Positions 58,853 through 64,000 of a stretch of 64,000 nt of DNA are shown here, one piece after another (the first letter of the stretch is position 1; each line of letters begins with the position of its first letter). The notes beneath the pieces were generated by a model that saw nothing but the letters and a program-made list of their open reading frames with translations, was not told the origin of the DNA and did not search any database. Both the position numbers and the translations under genes were made by a program. Source of the DNA: Setoptus koraiensis (taxonomy: Eukaryota; Animalia; Arthropoda); assembly GCA_048013815.1 (NCBI GenBank), contig CM106585.1, positions 1,426,001 through 1,490,000 on the forward strand. Direction: 5' to 3'.

Positions 58853-61035
58853 CACACATGAGTACAATTGTTGTCACGCCATAACTGTAAACAGCAACAC
58901 ATTTGCTTGTTGCATATGCCACCAAAACAACACCAAAACTAAATCATTTCAAGAAAATTTCGCCAAACAATTGGTGGTCGAATTAGCTGTCACAGTTTGA
59001 TTCTATTCATAGTACAGTCGATCAGTCGAAATGAACATTGCTCAATAGCAATTGCGTCCAGATATTGATAGCGGCATCAGTCAGTTGTTCGCATCGATGT
59101 TTTTGCCGGCAGGCGCTGTGATTAACACTCATCATTAACTAATTGATTAATAAGCACGTCGACGGAAGAATACTCGTTTATTAGTTTAGTGCGAACGATT
59201 CAAACAAACATTTAATCCGCAATCAGCAAGTTGCCACAGTTGCGTAACTCGTTGCCGCTGCGGCAATCATCAAAATCAATTCACAATTACAAGAAACAAG
59301 AATCATACAACTTTGGCCCGACATCGTTTAGTTGCACTCATGTAAGTTGGATGTTATGCTGGTGCAGTTTCAGTTCAGAAAAAAGAACACTGTGAAAAAG
59401 GAATTCCTGTTCACTCCCTGTCCACAACAAATTATTGTGAACTTGATTTCGACTAAATTAATGCAGCCGTTGCTCTTCATCATTCGACAGCGACAATCAC
59501 AAATTGTCGCTAATTTAAAAAGTTGTATGAGACGTCAATCAAGCTCAGGTGTCGCCTTTGTCGTCGTAAACCTGCATCATATCTGACCTTATTACAACCG
59601 CACTAGCTTCTCGTTATCCGCTCCATCTATCCTCTTTTTTGTCCAACACCATACACTCTCTTGTATGCGGACTCTTTCTCCGCTCTTCTTCAACGACAGT
59701 AACAACATTATTACTAGTATTATTATCTTGTATATGCACCCTACAACTTTCAACTGAGCAACAACAACAACGACAACGACATACACTGCAGTGTGTCAAT
59801 AAAAACACTAATTTCTAATTGCCGCACCAGGACTTCTTTTGATTCTCAAATAGTCTGAATTTAAACAAGAATATCTCAATTAGTTTTTGTTGTGCGCTAT
59901 AGAAGGTTCTGGCGAGATGAGCCACACAAATTTAAGTTAATGAGATGTTTGCTGCTGCTTCCTAGCTTTGAGATATTAGTGTTTTTATTGTATATGCTCA
60001 ATTAGAGTTGTTATGTACCTTGAATGATGATGATCAACCAAATTCAACATCCTATGCACTTCATTATTTGGTGACGTATCCCAACATTGCTTGCACCAAA
60101 CGTCACTTGAGGGCGCTAAAAACAAGTCACCAACAAGTTAAACTTTTCTGTTAAATGTTCTTGCTAATCACAAACTACTCCTAATCAATAATCACGCTCT
60201 TGGAAAACACAAAATCTACGCATGTTGATTGCTAATGCATGATTTTCCCAGCGCCCCGAACAATATTAATTCAAGCATCGAACAATCAATAGTATAGTTA
60301 TCTAATTTATTGCTATTGCGATCCATTTGTGTCCATTCAATTAAACAGATTAACTGTATGGCGACCCCAACCGGACATTCACTCAACTAATGTTCATGCA
60401 TTCATCTAATGCAATTCAAACCAAACAGGACATTTTACGGAAGTAAGACCAGAAACAATAAAATTGTCATCATCTTGTTCTGTCACAAAAACAATATTGT
60501 TGTGCTCATAGTTTTAGATAGTCGGACATCTATTTGACCTATCTCATCCTCAAGCGACAACACATGAACAAATAAATATTGCATCATAATGATCTCATAT
60601 TCATTCGCTTTTGTTGCAATGTACACATTCAAACATGTTTAAAATGTAAAATCATCATTGATTAGTCAACTAAATCATCAATTAATTATTATTCAATATA
60701 ATCCAAATTGATCACATCGACGAAAATCATTCCACTGTGATTATCATTCAATTATTAGCTGACTTATGACTTTTATTGTGTCACACTGAGCCACAGTCGT
60801 CATCATCGCGGCAAACAAAGAGAATTAGACGATTGCGTGAAATGGACTTTCATAACAAGAGTAGGACAAAAGTTTTGATGGACTGAAGAGATATTATCAC
60901 ACACTCGAAATAAGACAATTCTTCTTCAATCGACTCGACTCATCAATTGATTATCGTACACATGTAATCACTTCGACAAGAAACTCAATTAGAAGAAGAG
61001 GAGATTGTTTAGCTCAGTGACCACCTAATCCAGCC

Positions 61036-61483
61036 ATGTTTTCAAATGATCTACGTCTGACTCCATCAACGCATCGATTTCGAATCACAGTATTCGGCTT
61101 GCTATGTTTGTCGGGGTCACTCTACTGTGTTATGATGATCTTATATTTTATAATGGATCACAGTCTGCTTACATTGACATCCACAACAGATGATGCAATG
61201 AGGCTCCTTTTTACTCACCAAAACTATATTGAAGAAAAATCTATGGCCACAAGACATAGGAACACAATAGAGATGTTAGACAACGCTACGGCATTATCAC
61301 AAGAGAAATCAAATTTATTTTTAATTAATGAACAACAGGAAAGAATAGTACAAAGAACAAAGAGAGAGTCAACTCAATGGTCGCCATTGCCATCTAACTC
61401 TGCGCCAATGCTGACAGCAAAAATCGACAGCAGTAAATCTGTCCGAACAATTAGCAACAAAGATAACCAGACACCCATGTCAG
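61036..61483 (+). CDS. Group III phospholipase A2-like protein, exon 1 (N-terminal TM anchor)
   Basis: ATG at 61036, hydrophobic segment ITVFGLLCLSGSLYCVMMILYFIM, donor TCA G|gtaagt (phase 1). Linkage to the PLA2 exons is inferred from phase compatibility. Confidence 0.7.
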
Positions 61484-61791
61484 GTAAGTAAGATCTGGAA
61501 ACTTCGATAAATTATTCAATCAGATTGTTCATTTCGGGTATCTAATTCGTTTGCCGTATGAACTCGCGCAAAAAAAAACATTCCCAAATTGCGCGCTTTT
61601 TCTTAGAGTTATTTACCGCCAAATAAATCGATCAAACATTTTTCGCTTGGCATATTTAATTATCTTCTCACGCTAATAGCTTTTATTGTTTTTTTAAACC
61701 AATATTTTTTGATTGCATCATTAATTAAAAAAACAACACATAAAAATAGAAGCCACATCAAATGGGTACAGAAGTATTACGTCTCTTATAG

Positions 61792-62832
61792 GTGCCAAAA
61801 TAAATAATCATCAAACATCCGCCATAAGGAAGTCAAATGATAATCATATTCATCGGATTGCCAGAAATGAAAACTTGCGACCTATCAAGGAGCAAGCTGA
61901 ATTGATAAGGCCCCAGGGAACGAACCCTCGTCTGAAAACCGTAATCAATGATAAAAATTATGGAAATCGACCGACAGGGCATACGTTATTAAAACAAGAA
62001 TCTAGTCGCGATTCTCTCGAATCTTCTCCCATGTCTAGTTCCTCGAGGCCGGCGAGAAAAAGAAATCTTACAAGTGTCAACAACAATTTCTCATCCCATC
62101 ATTATCTTGACCATACCAAGACACAAGTAAGACAAAACAATGGCAAGCAACATCGTCAAGATATAGATCCGATTGTAGTGAGTTCATCCAATTTTAGTTA
62201 TAGTCGACCAAGCGTAGCCTTGTCAGTCAATAATTACGACAATGATCAGTGGAAACCCATACCAGATGATTATAATGGGCCTGTTTTGCCGGTGCAAGTC
62301 GATGTTGTGGATGGCATTTATGATTCATCAGCCATGGAGGGTACCAAATATTCGCCCCAAAGAGGCCGATATAGTATTAACACAGCAACAGGTCAATTAA
62401 ATGGGAGGAAGTATCTTCATAATGAGAAACCATTAGAGTTGCAGCCGACCCTTACGCATAAGATTTATAAAAGGGTATTACTATGCGACAAGACCTTAGT
62501 CAGTTTGGATTTTGCACAAAATTTAAAATCTGAACCTCGTCCTTTTGGAATGGATAACAATTTGATTGATGCAGAAGCTTTGAATGTCATCAATAATGAT
62601 GAAAACATAAAACACGTTCGTTCAAGTGGTTCGTTCAAATATCATCAGAATCATTCGCAGAATCATAATGAAATGAAGGCCATCAATAGAAATCATATTA
62701 ATAGTGTTTTATCTGAAAGTGATCCGCTAGTTGCGTGTGATATGTGGGATCTTGAGAAAGGTCTGTCGAGCCGGAAGCCACCAAGAGAGACCCTGCGTCA
62801 AGCAGTGAGGATTGATTTTCACACCATTCGAG
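61792..62832 (+). CDS. Group III PLA2-like protein, exon 2; alternative in-frame acceptor giving a start at 61750
   Basis: Acceptor ctcttatag|GT, open frame continuous with the 324-aa ORF, donor CGA G|gtaata. Confidence 0.75.
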
Positions 62833-62926
62833 GTAATATATCAATATAAACTATCTATTGACTATACAGTTTTACTATCATTTTAGGATTGTCTCTATCA
62901 GTGTAACCTTTCTACTCTTAATTCAG

Positions 62927-63215
62927 ATGCCATCAACAAGTGTAGAGCTCTTAGTGAAAAAATTTTGCCTCCAGTCGAGCTAGAGCATCAGTCATTAGAA
63001 TTATCACCTGACGATGTTGCCTCTATATTTTCCGTAAAACGAGGCCTCATGCCAGGTACAAAATGGTGTGGCTTAGGAGATAGCGCCTCTTCGTATAATG
63101 ACTTGGGTACAAAAAAGAAAATTGATATATGCTGTAGAGCGCACGATCATTGTCCAATCAGGCTAAAACCATTTCGACAAGGTTATGGCATATTAAATTT
63201 GGCCATCTACACAAA
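62927..63215 (+). CDS. Group III PLA2 exon 3 (Ca-binding loop and catalytic His-Asp)
   Basis: Acceptor aattcag|AT. PGTKWCGLGD and DICCRAHDHCP are group III (bee-venom type) PLA2 signatures; donor AA|gtgagt. Confidence 0.93.
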
Positions 63216-63310
63216 GTGAGTTTACTCGACAATCATACATTCACTTTGGTCCGATCACTTAATTTCAATATAAACATACTAATCTAGATTTTCATTTGTG
63301 TTTCCCTTAG

Positions 63311-63457
63311 ATCTCATTGTGATTGTGACGAAGATTTTTACAGATGCCTCAAGAGCACTCGAACTAAAGTGGCCGATCTTCTTGGTAATATATACTTCAA
63401 TGTTTTGAAATTGCAATGCATGCAAACAGAAAAATTGAAGATATGCAAATCTATAAA
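63311..63457 (+). CDS. Group III PLA2 exon 4
   Basis: Acceptor cccttag|A. Encodes SHCDCDEDFYRCLK...LGNIYFNVLKLQC; donor AA|gtaagt. Confidence 0.92.
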
Positions 63458-63545
63458 GTAAGTTACACCATCAAATTCGGAACTTTTCAATCAAATCAAG
63501 CAAAAACTGATATACTATTTACACTTTCATCCCAATGTTATACAG

Positions 63546-63639
63546 AAAAGTGGCATTGGGATTCGAAAAGTGTGTCAAATGGGAAGAGAGTCCAGACAAG
63601 AAAGTGTTCCGATTTATTCCTGCTCCTGTCGCCTACTGA
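63546..63639 (+). CDS. Group III PLA2 exon 5 (last)
   Basis: Acceptor tatacag|A gives KKVALGFEKCVKWEESPDKKVFRFIPAPVAY* with TGA at 63637-63639. The five exons sum to 2019 nt (672 aa plus stop). Confidence 0.75.
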
Positions 63640-63886
63640 ACTCATCGGTCGATTAGGATCAAAATTAGAGTCTTTTAAAGCGACTAGATTACAGACAAAA
63701 CTATATCAATTCTTAGTCACTTGGCATCACAATTGATAAATAGGTCCAGCCTCTCGATACTGACAACTTTTGGAACGAGTAAAACAATAACACAAACAAA
63801 AAAAAACGTCAAGACTTGTTCGAATTGATTTTCATATCACATAGATCAATGTTATTTCCTATCCCCGATTTTATTTGAGGATAATT

Positions 63887-64000
63887 TTAGGATCTATCAT
63901 CCGACTTGACAATTTTCTCTGGTGGGTCTTCAGGTGTTGCAGTAACATTTGATGATTGAGTCGATGGCAATTCATTTTGCGCACCGTTATCAACTTTTTC
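63887..64000 (-). CDS. Possible 3' end of an unidentified gene entering from the right edge
   Basis: Open 38-codon frame EKVDNGAQNELPSTQSSNVTATPEDPPEKIVKSDDRS*. Too short to identify. Confidence 0.35.
   Translation of the reverse strand, partial: EKVDNGAQNELPSTQSSNVTATPEDPPEKIVKSDDRS

Overview
This is a eukaryotic window from an animal, most likely an arthropod. A compact mite genome such as an eriophyoid is plausible, inferred only from the intronless housekeeping genes sitting beside a few huge microsatellite-rich introns. From left to right: the 26-nt first coding exon of PSMD4/Rpn10 (-), an intronless C-terminally truncated PACS (-), intronless NDUFS3 (+), an intronless RhoGAP (-), tRNA-Leu(TAG) (+) and intronless ALG5 (+). 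Next is a ~6 kb cluster of decayed neprilysin (M13 peptidase) fragments in both orientations (~7.6-12.9 kb), containing a ~760-nt fold-back hairpin at 11671-12432. A 7-exon neuroligin-family gene follows (-, 51149 to 13676, ~1825 aa, with 26.2 kb and 5.1 kb introns), then ~10 kb of non-coding DNA, a 5-exon group III phospholipase A2 (+, 61036-63639) and the possible 3' end of another gene (-). The best leads are the pseudogene-derived long hairpin (candidate hpRNA/endo-siRNA locus), a switch-like RNA element combining TACTAAC with AG|GTGAG inside the 26-kb intron, and strong GGGCCC enrichment confined to the neuroligin 5' half. No CRISPR array or recognisable transposon was seen. All homology calls come from motifs recognised by eye; no searches were run.
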